Positions 49,290 through 60,731 of a DNA stretch of 64,000 nucleotides are shown piece after piece. The stretch spans positions 1 through 64,000 of the forward strand of contig NW_021832602.1 in the NCBI RefSeq assembly GCF_006345805.1, given 5' to 3'. The notes under the pieces were generated by a model, which did not search any database, had not been told where the DNA came from, and worked only from the letters and a program-made list of their open reading frames with translations. Position 1 is the first letter of the stretch; every line of letters starts with the position of its first letter. The DNA comes from Octopus sinensis (lineage: Eukaryota). Both the position numbers and the translations under genes were made by a program.

Positions 49290-52060
49290 ATACACTTAAC
49301 CACCTCATTATGTCTTCGGGGATAATAACTGTTTAGCATCCTACCACACCGCGTGGCTCAACAGTCTGCTTGCTTTTTTGCAATGGACGCAGAGTGATTC
49401 CGCGTATGCAAAAAACAAATTCCTATCTTGTAAAAGACAGTTCAATGCTCCGCACCGTGGAACATTGTTCTCTTTTCGATAGCAATTGCGAAAAAGTAGA
49501 TAGGTCGATATTTGATTCCTCCAACATTTAATCATCACCGAGTGTGGTGATTTAGAGCTGATTCGGTTAAGCAACAGTTTTCTTGAGGCGTCCTTGAGTG
49601 AATCAATGTTCAGATTTTCCCCACCAACAGCTGCATATTTGGGGGCAAGAAATTCTGTAATTGTGGCTAAGTGCCATTTTCTTGTTTTAATTAGTCGCAG
49701 AATACCCGACCTCCTCAGACAGATAGTCGACTGTTTTTCCAAACTTTTAAGAAACTGGAGGAGTATTAATTCGCTTTTAAAAGAAATTGAGGCAAGTCCT
49801 CTTCCAAGCGTTTTGCGATCCAAATACACCTCTCCTTATTTGCAGGCTGGACATGTAACTTGAGAGTCGGCGTATTTGCTGGTCAATTTTGTCAAATTCG
49901 TGCGATTTGATATAAATTAGCCCGATATAATAATTTTATTTATTGATTTAACCGCCAAGACCACGATAAAAATCAAACAAAAGTCACGTGATCCCGATGC
50001 ACTCGATCAGGGACCTCATCTTTGCTCGGTGATTTTTCTACGAGCCCACACAAGATCGCATCGGGCGGCAGGCCGTTTTTGATGGGGCCATTTGCTGACG
50101 GACTGAGATTCAGCTTGATAAGGTCTTCCAGAAAAGCTGGACCGGGGCGTTCGTTATCGTGTGACCAACGATCGGTTAATCTTAAGGCCCAACAAAGGGC
50201 CTTAAGATTCGCCTCCTGTTGGATCACGATAACCGCGGACCCCATGATCCGCATGCGTAGGCAATTGATGGTTCGAAGTATTAGCGGTAGATATTCACCA
50301 GTACCGGGTGTGACCAGTTTTTCCATAGACCGGATAGAATTCTGAGGATGTTCAGTTTTTTCTCGCATTTGCGAAGGAGGTTGTCTGCGTGCGGGAAGAA
50401 GCAGAGGTGCATGTCGAGGGTTACTCCTAGGACCGTCTGATTCCTGTAGAAAGGTACGGACATGTTGTTCAGCTTTAAGTCAACTGAAGTCCTTCCCAAT
50501 CTTTTGTCGGAAGTGAAGAGGGACGAGGCGGACTTCGCCGCGTTTACCACGAGCCGGTTGTCCGTCAGCCATAGGTTCAGCCGATCCAAGTTAGCTTGGA
50601 TCCTTTCAGTAGCCTTCTGGATGTCCCGGTCCCGTGAGGCTAATACAATGTCGTCCGCGTATGAGACGACAATGTCATTATTGTCGAGGGAGAGTGGGAG
50701 ATCTTCCAGGAATAGGTTGAAAAGTAGATGCTGATTTTTCGGAATTGATTTCTAAGCCAACACTTTTAAAGAATCCATTAACAGCCTCCATCATTTTGAC
50801 TATCACACCTTCTTTAAGACTATTTTCAAATCGTCAATCAAGAAGGAATGATTTATGGAGTATGTAAACATATTGGGATCTTTCCGACTAATTTGGAGTT
50901 TAGGAAGCATTGAGTTAAGCATCCTGCTAAAGGGATCCATTGCCATAACGAATAGGAACGGGGACAATGAATCTCCTTGGAATATTCCTCGGCCTAACTT
51001 TACCTTCCCGATTCTTTTCCCATCAATATGTAAGTTTATTGTCCACTTCTTGACTATGCTTTCATAAAGTTGACGTTCCAATGTAATATTCCAGAGCAAT
51101 TCAATATGTGGGACAAGAACTCGTGATTAACTGAGTCAAATGCTTTCTTGACATCGACCGAGGCGGAATAGAGGGCATTTCCGTACTCCTTATTTAATCA
51201 TTAATCCTTGAGGACCTGCTCTTTGGCTCCTTGACATTGCTTCCTCGTTCCAAGCTGATTATCTGATATTAAGCCAAATGCCTCTACGAAATTGACAAGT
51301 TTGGCATTTACACATTTGGTGACAAGTTTATACAAAGTTGGCATACACGTTACAAGGCGTAAGTCTTTTGGAGTCGCAGAATCACGTTTGAATGAATCAA
51401 GTAAGTTACCCTAGTGTAAAACCAGCTATCAGGCATGTACTCTCCGTTAATTATTCTGACTGTCTCTTTACACAGAAACCCATGCAAAGAGTCTAACTTC
51501 TTGATGAAAAAGTTATACGTTCCGTCACATCCGCATGCCTTCCAGTCAGGTGCATTTTTAAGCATATTCACAATAAAATCACTTGTGAATTAAAGTCGCA
51601 TGGTTTCAACTCCAGTAAACTTCACATCCACAAAATCATAAACTACGGTCCCCATATTTTTTTTGCTCCATACATTTTCCCAGAATGACAAGGACTCCCC
51701 ATCACCAAACCCATATAGGGTGGCCTCATTGGTCGAATATAAATTTCGGTAAAATCTTCTGTGGATTTTAGGGGCACTTCGCCAAGAACTTCTAATTGAA
51801 GTTCTGCAGGAGAAAGTTCCAGGCACCTCTTAGCATCCTGCCATGTCTTTGCTTCGTGGTAAAATCAATCTGAGACACCACTTCGCCTTCAGAGACACGG
51901 TTGACATTTCCAGTTATTGCAGAAAAAGAATGCAAGTTAGTTTTAGCAGCATCACCAACAAAATCTTCTTTTGCGCATACAAAATTTTTATTGATTATTC
52001 TGTTACTAGTCAAATTCAGTTAATCTCCATCTTTTGGCTTTGTCCTAAATTTGACAAGTA
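49290..52060 (-). mobile_element. R4/Dong-like RT-RLE element, decayed, interrupted by a Jockey-like insert
   Basis: WKACGCDG, DVKKAFDSVNH, GIFQGDSLSPFLF, HSFLIDDLK, GLEINSEKS (50735-52060); LGRGLASI and CVHCKK knuckle (49290-49880). Confidence 0.8.
49970..50730 (-). mobile_element. Jockey/I-group RT fragment nested in the R4-like element
   Basis: SYADDI, DRLNLWLTDNRLVVNAAKS, LGVTLDMHLCF. Confidence 0.8.
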
Positions 52061-52481
52061 AACGGTGGTTGACTGTAGTTACCCTTGGCAACTGATTCGA
52101 ATTATTTTTTCCAAAGTCCCAAAAAATTCAAATTTGATTAAAGTCCGATTGATGGAAACTCAGTCAGTCAAAAAAATGTCCAGATTATTCAGTTAATCAA
52201 TGATTAAAATATTATTGTTCGTTCAAACTAAAATTAAACCATTCTTATTCGCTTATGTCACAGATAAGCTAAAGAAGTTAGATTTAGATTCTAGGTACTG
52301 AATTAGACTCTCGAGATTTTAAGAGCATGGCCTGGACTTTGAAAATAAAATATTCCATGGAATTCGAAATAGAAGCGTAAGTTGGCATTGTTTGTTGATT
52401 AAACAAGATTTAAAATGCCTGAACAGCGAGAATTGGCAAAGCCGGAAACTAAGATGGAGATAGTTTGGTTCTTTTGAATCT

Positions 52482-52918
52482 CTATACCATTTTCATTTCA
52501 AGTTTGACAATTTTTATATCAATTTTGACAAAGCAAAAAGCAATATTGGCATTTTTTACATCAGTTTTGACAATGCGATATTTAATTTTGACAAATATTT
52601 TTATAACGGACACACATAAGGACTTTTCTAATCGGCTAAATCAAGATGAGAGAGTTAATAAAGACATTTTTATTAATCAGGTTAATAGAATCCCAATCGT
52701 ACAATTTGCAATGATTTTTTCTGCATTTATGTAAGAATTCCAGAATGACGTTAAGATTCACTCATTTGCTTGCCCTTACTGGAACCATCTCACGTGATTC
52801 TATATAGGATCGGCAGATTTTTTTATGAAGTTTCTTTCGTCCAAATGTATTTTTAAATTTGAATATTGCTTTGTAAAAATTGATATAAAAATGTCAAAAT
52901 TGAACTGAAATGGTATAG
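52482..52918. mobile_element. MITE-like element, 437 bp, ~55-bp imperfect TIRs
   Basis: CTATACCATTTTCATTTCAAGTTTGACA... (52482-52536) is inverted at 52866-52918; internal TTTGACAA repeats. Confidence 0.7.
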
Positions 52919-53218
52919 TTTTATATGGAGACATGACCAAGTCATGTTTAAGTCTCCATGTAATCAAAATATTCGAGTCGAAATGAGGTTGCAAATACCT
53001 AAAAAACTTATGTAGTTATGCAGTTCTCTTTATTTAGAGGGTACTGAGACAAACAAGCTTTATTTAAAAGGCATTATCAGTATTGGAATCGATGACTCAA
53101 TTTTAACAATGAAAATCAAGTCACATTGCTTGTTTAGTTTTTAAATAGCTTATTTAATATTTTCTAAATTCCCTATTTTTAATTTTTTAGACAAAAATAA
53201 TAAATAATACCGTCATAA

Positions 53219-53993
53219 ATGGATGATGTTGGTCAATCTACTTTAGACTCAAATAGTGGAAATTCAAATGTCTTTTCATCGGATAATAATGAAAATAGTG
53301 AAGATCGCGATGACACTCAGGATAGAATAATGCACGCTAATGGTAATTCCCAAAAAATAATCAATATAGATAGCAGTAATTCTGGGCAGATGTTAACAAA
53401 TTTAGACAAAAATATTGGAAATCTAGATGCTAGTGAAATGTATTTACAAGACGAACTTGAAAAGGATTATGATATTTCTTTAAAAAAAAATAATGATTTA
53501 AAAGATATCAACCATTCTCTCAGAACGTGTCGAGATAACACGGAATTTTACCAGCGTGTCATTGAGGAGACAAAATTAGAACAAGAAGAATACAATTTAA
53601 CAGAAAACGAGGAAACTTTTATACAAGGAACTCTTCCTGGACAGTCTTTACATGAAAATGATCCTCTTGAAAATCGTTCGGGATTACTCGTGATGACTAC
53701 GCATGGCCTTGTTGTGGAATGTATACAATATAAATTTTCTTACGTTCAATAGCAAGCGGGACCCTAACACCAAAGGATGTTGGAATTTTGACTAAACTAT
53801 ACCGAATATCCGAGGCTTTTCCTTCGTCAATTGAGCCCGTCATATATATTCACCGAGATTCAAGGTTCTTTTTAGATTTAAGTACAGTAAAACAATTTTG
53901 AGCGGTTCTGGTAAAATTTTATGTGGAATGAAATTTGATGTCGAAAAGAAAAAGAAAGGTTTTTTTAATCGTTTGTTTAAAAAAAGTAATTAA
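53219..53993 (+). CDS. Roadblock-fold LAMTOR5/LAMTOR4-like protein with long acidic N-terminal extension; 32-nt and 23-nt introns
   Basis: Spliced C-terminus GLLVMTTHGLVVESSGTLTPKDVGILTKLYRISEAFPSSIEPVIYIHRDSSKTILSGSGKILCGMKF resembles LAMTOR5 GVLCTDSQGL..GTLS..AGVISVL..PVVCLESD and LAMTOR4 GYLVLSEGAVLASSGDL. Confidence 0.55.
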
Positions 53994-54189
53994 CTTAATA
54001 AAAAGCAATTAAAATTTTCTTTTCTAAAAAATCGCCAATAGTTTATATTGAATCATTGTGGATTCATTATATTGAACCGTGCATATTTGCACAATTTTGG
54101 ATTTTATAGATGATCAAGGCTAGACAATATCCACTAGGAAATTTTTTTATTACTTTAGGAACAAGACGGAAACGCTGTATCCGTATTTT

Positions 54190-54640
54190 TCGATAAGTTA
54201 GTTAGTTACTCCGGCTTCTCTAGCATGTAGGAAGCCGGCTGCAATCAGGTAGCAGACAGCGGCGATCGGGCTCTCCCAGAGATCCCGAATCCCAATAGGT
54301 GGCGACAGGTGAGGCGGTCCAGGACAGGAAAAAAGGTCTTCAGGGGCGAGGGTGCGGAGTGTTTCGAAAAAGAGTGGATGATGTCCCGAGCGAAGTCGTG
54401 CAAGCTGGACACGGAAGTACCTGTCGAGTGATTGCTCTGAAGGATGGACTGGTGGCGGAGGAGAATCAAGGAGTTTGTTTTTTTTAAGCAACCTGATAGC
54501 ACGAGTTGAGATGTAATCGTTAATTAATTTCTTTCTAGTTTTCCCATTGTTCGTTAAGAGTATTTTTGAGAGAGGTCTGCATTGATCGACTAGAGTAGTG
54601 ATAATATGTGACATGGGCGACTATGTCGCTATGGGCAGCC
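54190..54640 (-). mobile_element. Jockey/I-group 3' end
   Basis: QLARLRSGH, DLWESP motifs; ends in TAACTAAC repeats. Confidence 0.75.
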
Positions 54641-54935
54641 AGTCCTTTTACGTGTTTCTATGGAAACCGCAGAAAAGATATTAAATATTGAATATAGCAA
54701 TTTATATATGGAAGAGTGTAGATTAATAAATTATTCTAATTTAAAATTACATTTGAATTATCTTTTAAAAATGGCTTACCCAAAACTATATTAATTTTAA
54801 CAGCGTGTTTCTCATACTTTGTGATGTCTGTTATAAGGGTTACGTTAGAAATATTAACGAATACAATCAAAAAAGCTTCCAATTTTTGTCAAAAATGTCT
54901 GAAGAATCGTCAGCAGAAACATCATTTAATTTCGA

Positions 54936-55155
54936 GTTAGGGTTACGTTAGTGTTTGGGTTAAGGTTAGGGTTAGATTTTGAATATATTTATGTTGTCAC
55001 TTGCCAACGTTAGGGTTTGGGTTAGGTTAGGGTTAGATTTTGAATATATTTATGTTGTCACTTGCCAACGTTAGGACTTGGGTTAAGGTTAGGGTTAGAT
55101 TTTGAATATATTTATGTTGTCACTTGCCAACGTCAGGGTTTGGGTTAAGGTTAGA
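54936..55155. repeat. 61-62-bp tandem repeat x ~3.4 containing TTAGGG-like hexamers
   Basis: Units start CGT(T/C)AG at 54946, 55008, 55069 and 55131. Confidence 0.95.
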
Positions 55156-55255
55156 GTTGAAGTTGTTACAAACTTGGCAAAAAATTTGATGTAAATTATA
55201 ATTTGCTAATGTTGCAATTTATATTATCAAAAATAAAAATGATTCACATTATAAT

Positions 55256-56085
55256 TTGCTAATGTTGTATGAAAACAAGTTTGGAGGCAACATTACTGTT
55301 GTGCTTAAAGTCAATAACCCCTCGATGGGATCTATTAATATTTTTAACACGCTATGCAACATGAAATCGATCAAGAAGGCACGAGTTTCTCGCCGACAGT
55401 CAGGAGAGTTTATACTGAATTTCAAAGTCGAAAAAGATGTGGAAAACTTTCAAATTGAATTAGAAGAAAGCAAACCTTTTGGAGAGGGAGGCCAGTCTCT
55501 CAAAAATAAGAAATTCGGGCCAGTGGCAATAATTCTAAAAAATGTCCCAACTTGGATCGAAATTGAGGAACTCGAAGACTTCCTGAAGGGCAAAGTGAAA
55601 GGAAAAATGACTCTCGAACGCTTTGAGAAAAGGGGAGTGAGACTCCCTATTATTAAATTGGTAACTTCTGATCATGGAGAAGCTCAATCGCTTGTACGAT
55701 TGGGGCTAAAGATTGGCTTTTCGAATGTAAAGGCCGAGTGGTACAGAAAACCGGAAGTCCAGTGCTATCGATGCCAAGGTTTGGCCACATAGCACGCTTC
55801 TGTAAAAATCAGGAGAAATGTCTATTTTGTTCGGGTACACATGCTGGAACAGATTGCAAGGACTCTAACATGAAAAAATGTGTCAACTGCGGTTCTTCGA
55901 GCCACTTGGCAAATTATCGGGGCTGTGAGAAAGCTAAAGAAGCTTCAAAGCTGAAAAATGATAAAATTCTGGTTCAGAAACTGTTAAAAGAAGCTTCGGA
56001 GAATGCTAAAATCAACCAAACAGACATAAAAAATTTACCCTTGAAGCCATGGGCGGGATGGAACGTTCCAAGAGTATTCCATTAG
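55256..56085 (+). mobile_element. Gag-like ORF1 with three CCHC knuckles (Jockey/I/R1-type LINE), one frameshift at ~55780
   Basis: QCYRCQ.FGHIARFC, KCLFCSGTHAGTDC, KCVNCGSSSHLANYRGC, preceded by an RRM-like AIILKNVP..LPIIKL region. Confidence 0.85.
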
Positions 56086-58848
56086 AGTATTCCATTCCAC
56101 TTCGGAACGTATTCCATTATGGGTCTGTCCCGCTTGTCTTTTCGGCACCCCATTACTTTCATCCACTCCATCCGCCACTGCCACTCTCGGCACTCGCTGC
56201 TCCGCTGATTCCTTCCCTTTCTCTGACCCTGTATTCGGGACCCATTCTATCCCTTTCGTTTTCAAATCCATCAAACTCCTCCGCCGCCTCCGACAAATCC
56301 CGCACAGAATCCCAAAAGCTGCTCGTATCCTAGCTGTTTCCTCTTTGGCCTCCGACGGGGAATCTCATTGGCTTAAGTTGTTCTGCTTTGCCTCTTTCGG
56401 CCTCGGCTTTCTCCCATCCAGTAACAAAACCTCCCACTCGCTTGCTACGACCGTCAAACATGAACTGTCCTTGTACGACGGGAACTGTTTTTCTCCCGGC
56501 TGGCTCCAGGCCTATCTCGCCAATTCAGTGCCTCCTTTCGGCTCAACTTCCCCAAATCTGACTGCAGCTCCGTACGATGACGACTACCTCTACAGAAAAG
56601 TTAATTGCAAACTTATGGACTGCGATGTCCGCGGTGCTGTCAGGCTTGTCGCCTCGTCGAGTTCCCTTTTGTCATTGACACCTGCCGTTCTGAAATCTCT
56701 CAGAGAAAAACACCCCTCTCAGTCCCATGACTTTAGACCTCAGTCGCCTCCTGCCACTCTCGCTGTCAATCCCTTCGTGGTCTCGGAAGACCTCGTACTG
56801 AAAGCCTTGAGGAATTTTTCCCCAGGAAGCAGCGGTGGAGTAGACGGCCTGAGGCCTGGTCATCTAAAAGATCTGACTTCTCTCACTAATGCCGAAGCTG
56901 GACGGAGGTTGTTACGCTCAATTATCAACCTGTGCAACCGTTTCATCTCCGGCTCTCTCCCTGACTTTGCACGTGGGATTTTCTTTTCCGCCAACCTTAC
57001 TGCCCTTGGGAAAAAAGACAACAGCGTGAGGCCCATTGCCGTTGGAAATATCTTTCGGAGGCTCTCTGCTAAACTTCTGTGCCACGCAATTGTCCTTTTT
57101 TTGTCTCAAGAGTTTCTCCCCGCCCAACTCGGGGTCGGTGTCCCAAACGGCTGCGAAGCGGCCGTTCATTCGATCTGTGAACTCATCGAATCTTTTCAGT
57201 CGGCTATCATGGTTAAACTAGACGTCTCAAACGCTTTCAATTCCATCAGAAGTGACCACCTACTGGAGTGCTGCCGCGAACTGGTTCCGCTTGCTTATCC
57301 CCTCGTAAATCTCTCATACGCTTCCCCGAGTATCCTTATGTTCAACGATGTTCTCATCTCTTCGGCCACCGGGGTCCAACAGGGCGATCTCCTGGGTCCT
57401 GTCCTTTTTGCCTTGGGCGTTAACAGCATCGCTCACTCCGTTCGATCCCCAGTTAACATATGGCATCTGGATGACGCAACCATTTGCGGTCCCCCCGATG
57501 CTGTTTTTGACGACCTTCGTTCTATCCTCCCTTCCCTCTTGGACATCGGCCTATCTATAAACGCCGATAAATCCGAAATCGTGAACATTGCCTTAAATCC
57601 GACTGACTTCACTGCTTCAATTTCCAAGTGCCGAGGCATTCTTTCAGACGTCCGGATTACGAACAAATCAAATCTTACTATCCTCGGTGCCCCCATGGGG
57701 CCTTCTGCCCTCGAATGCTCATTCGCTGGAAAAATTTCCCACTTATCCAAAATGATCGAGAAGCTTAAAGTCATCGAGCCTCATGTGGCTCTTTTCCTTC
57801 TCCGAAACCACTTTTTCGTCCCTAAGATCCTTTACACCCTAAGATGTGCACCCTGCTTTCAAAGAGGCGACCTTCTTTCCGACCTTGACAATATCCTCAG
57901 GCTCGGTACGAGCTCTCTTTGCAATCTGGCTTTCGACGATCCAGGCTGGACTCAGGCATCCCTGCCTGTGCACTGGGGCGGCCTTGGCTTGAGATCCTAT
58001 TCCGATCTTGCCCTCCCCGCATTCCTATCCGGCCACTATGCTTCTCGTACTCTCTCAGACATCGTTCTTAGAAACCTCCCCGAACGGAAATTGTCTGAAG
58101 ATTACTCTGCAGCCCGTGGTCGGTGGGAGGCTCGGTTTGGTTCGAAGCTGCCCAATTCTCAATCTGTACAGCGTCAATGGGACGAAATTTCTTGTCAGGC
58201 AATTTTCGAAGGCCTCCTTCCTGTCTTCAATCAACACCGTGTCGCTTGCCTCCGTGCAGGTCGCTGCGAAGGCAGCGGTGTCTGGTTAAAGGCTCTCCCT
58301 CTCCCTTCCATCGGGAACCTGGTGGACAAGGAATGCCTAAGAATCGCAATCTTTCTCCGTGTCGGGCTGAAAATCTGCCAGACGCACAAATGCCGCTGTG
58401 GGGGAACTGTTGACGAGTACGGTTTGCATCACCTCGCTTGCCGGCGAAGTGCCGGTCGTGCCCCCCGTCACAGTGAACTCAACTCGATCATACAAAGAGC
58501 CCTCGCTTCAGCTGGCGTCCTGTCAATCCTTGAACCTGTTGGACTGGATAGAGGGGATGGCAAACGCCCAGACGGCAAGTCCACCTTCCTATACGAGCAG
58601 GGGAAATCTTTTATTTTGGATTCTACCTGTTCGGACACGTTCTCGCTGAGAAATCTTGCTCTGTTCGCCGCCAATCCTGGGCATGCTTTGAGGCAGGCCG
58701 AGGACCGAAAGATTCTTAAGTACGGCCACCTCTCCAATTATCCCAATCGCCGTGGAGTCCTCCGGTTTCTTCGGCCCCAAGACGCTTCGCTCGCTCGGTC
58801 GACGGATTTCAAGGACAAGCCACGATCCAAGAGAGTATTCCTGGCTCC
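56071..58848 (+). mobile_element. CRE-like RT-RLE element, nearly intact ORF, 3'-truncated, flanked by a 12-bp direct repeat
   Basis: Frame open 56045-58981: WVCPAC, RIPKAAR, RPIAVG, DVSNAFNS, QQGDLLGP, WHLDD, CRCG..HHLAC, KRPDG; TGGAACGTTCCA at 56059-56070 and 58849-58860. Confidence 0.9.
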
Positions 58849-58986
58849 TGGAACGTTCCACGATCCAATAGATAACAAAAAATTAATTAAGTCGGCAAAG
58901 AAGCAAGAGCCAAAGAATGTGCTGGTTATTGTATTCGTTGTTAACCCCAAAACACGCTTGAAGCCTTCCAACAAAAAATAGTATCT

Positions 58987-59235
58987 ATGCAAATTCTCCG
59001 ATCTTCTTTGTGTTTCGTTGCAGCTGATTCATTATCCAGAATCGACAATTTTCTCCTCGAATCCTTAACATTCCATCTCAATTTAAGGTTCACTGGTGAC
59101 GGTTTTATCCGCGCCAGCCTACCAAAACGTTGCAAGAGTATTAGGATCAGCTCTTGTGCGGATCTGGCTCTGTTCTGCTATTTTTCTTCCACGTCGGCAT
59201 CCAGGAATTCTGTTTGCTCAGTTCTACTTCCATTT
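58987..59235 (+). mobile_element. CRE-like internal fragment (3098 subfamily)
   Basis: ILRSSLCF..HLNLRFTGDGFIRASLP, near-identical peptide to 3098-3370. Confidence 0.85.
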
Positions 59236-59249
59236 CTCCGGATTCTTGA

Positions 59250-59480
59250 TTTATGCACTGATTGATAAAGGCTTGTTCCTTTGCACCCTGATATTGCCTC
59301 CTCGTTCCCAATTGATTTTTCAGAGCCATGCCGAAAGCATCCACATAATCAGGGAGTTTAGTTTTTACACGTTTTGTCACAAGTTTACAGAGAGTAGGCA
59401 TGCATGTTATAGGGAGTAAATCACAAAGGATTTCACAAAATTGTTTTTTAGGGATCAAGTAAGTGACGCCCGTATCCAGG
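59250..59480 (-). mobile_element. R4/Dong-like RT fragment
   Basis: PITCMPTLCKLVTK..NQLGTRRQYQGAKEQAFIN. Confidence 0.75.
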
Positions 59481-60194
59481 ACTTCTTTCCTAAAATTTTT
59501 ATCTTCAACTAATTCTTTACTATTTTTTTAACAATTGATTATTTTATTAACTTTCATCGACATTATTTTAAAAAGTACCATAATTTGTCGCATATATACT
59601 TTTTAAATGAAAGTTAATAAAAAAGAGAAGCTTGGACTTTGAGGGATACGTTAAAGTGTTGACCATTCATTTCCTCAATATTTAGTTTCACCTTATCATA
59701 ACGGATAGAGTCTATTTGTACGTTTTATACTCCCGATTTCAGCCGAGTGGGATTTCTCCTAACTCTACTGGCAGAACAGGGGAATTCGGATACTACCAAT
59801 CACCCAGCAAAATCAAACATTGAAGAAGGCATTGTATTTAACCAAAATACGAATTTAGGCGATGTGTGTCCCAAGTAATCCTCATGTGGTCATCAATTCC
59901 CTTTGAGGTCATTTTGTCCCATAAGAATTGGCAAGAGAAACACGTTGCAGAATCTATCAGAGTTCATTCAGAATCACAGCGGCATTGTATCCGTTGGTAA
60001 TTCAAACGCAAAGTTGTGAAAGAATGTGTTTGTGTGACATTGAATAAATTTACTTTGCAGGAGATTATTGTAGTTTTGTTGAATAAACCAGGTGGCACAA
60101 ACATTGTAGTTTAAACCGTGGAAACGCTCATTAAAAGAAAATTTTCAAAATTTCACGGAACTTCGGGTGCATCAGACAACCACAAATAAAGATA

Positions 60195-60385
60195 TTTTTT
60201 GCAAAGTAAAATAACAAGTAAAATAGAGAAGTTAACTAATTTAGATGAGTCGCCAGCGGATGGACAGGCAATTTCCACGTAATATCGCGAACGATCCAGC
60301 TCGTTTCACGACTGTCGTGACTCCTCCTCGAGATGATTAATCCAATCTCTGAGAGGAGTTTGAGGGCTTTGGGTCCAATTATCCC
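60195..60385 (-). mobile_element. CRE-like 3' end plus 3' UTR
   Basis: TSGIIGPKALKLLSEIG..RETSW; close inverted match to 63265-63460. Confidence 0.85.
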
Positions 60386-60731
60386 ACTGGTATTCACAAA
60401 AATATGACATAAAAAATTGAATAAGAAGAATAAGTTAAAGATCAAGATAAATGGCAAAGATGACATAATGGAAAAATCGAAAATATATGAAACTAGGAAT
60501 GAAAAATTAACACTAGTGAGCAAAATTTTAAAAACGTTTTCAATTATATCACATCAGAAGTGCGATTAAATTAAATATTTAATTTAATTTTTGGTAATAA
60601 GTTTTTTAATAAATACATTGTATGAAATATGAGTGATACACAAACTTCAAATAGTCAAGGGAAATAAAAATGTGGTCGCTTCAGGTGATCGCTAAATATT
60701 TGTTGAAGGAAGGCAATTGAAAATATACATA

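Noticed and set aside
54936-55155. True telomere or interstitial telomeric tract
   Set aside because: The hexamers are degenerate and embedded in a 62-bp unit, with no pure (TTAGGG)n run.
55256-58981. A native two-ORF gag plus RLE retrotransposon
   Set aside because: The 12-bp flanking repeat and truncated 3' end favour nested insertion; kept as an alternative in the findings.
3237-58992. Many 60-200-aa ORFs antisense or out of frame to TE and host ORFs (for example 3769-4203, 19371-19982, 28515-28937, 57433-57774)
   Set aside because: Shadow ORFs of GC-richer coding sequence with no motifs.
59560-60180. Cystine-knot-like VVKECVCV motif or hidden gene
   Set aside because: All frames are interrupted and I could not build a consistent spliced model.
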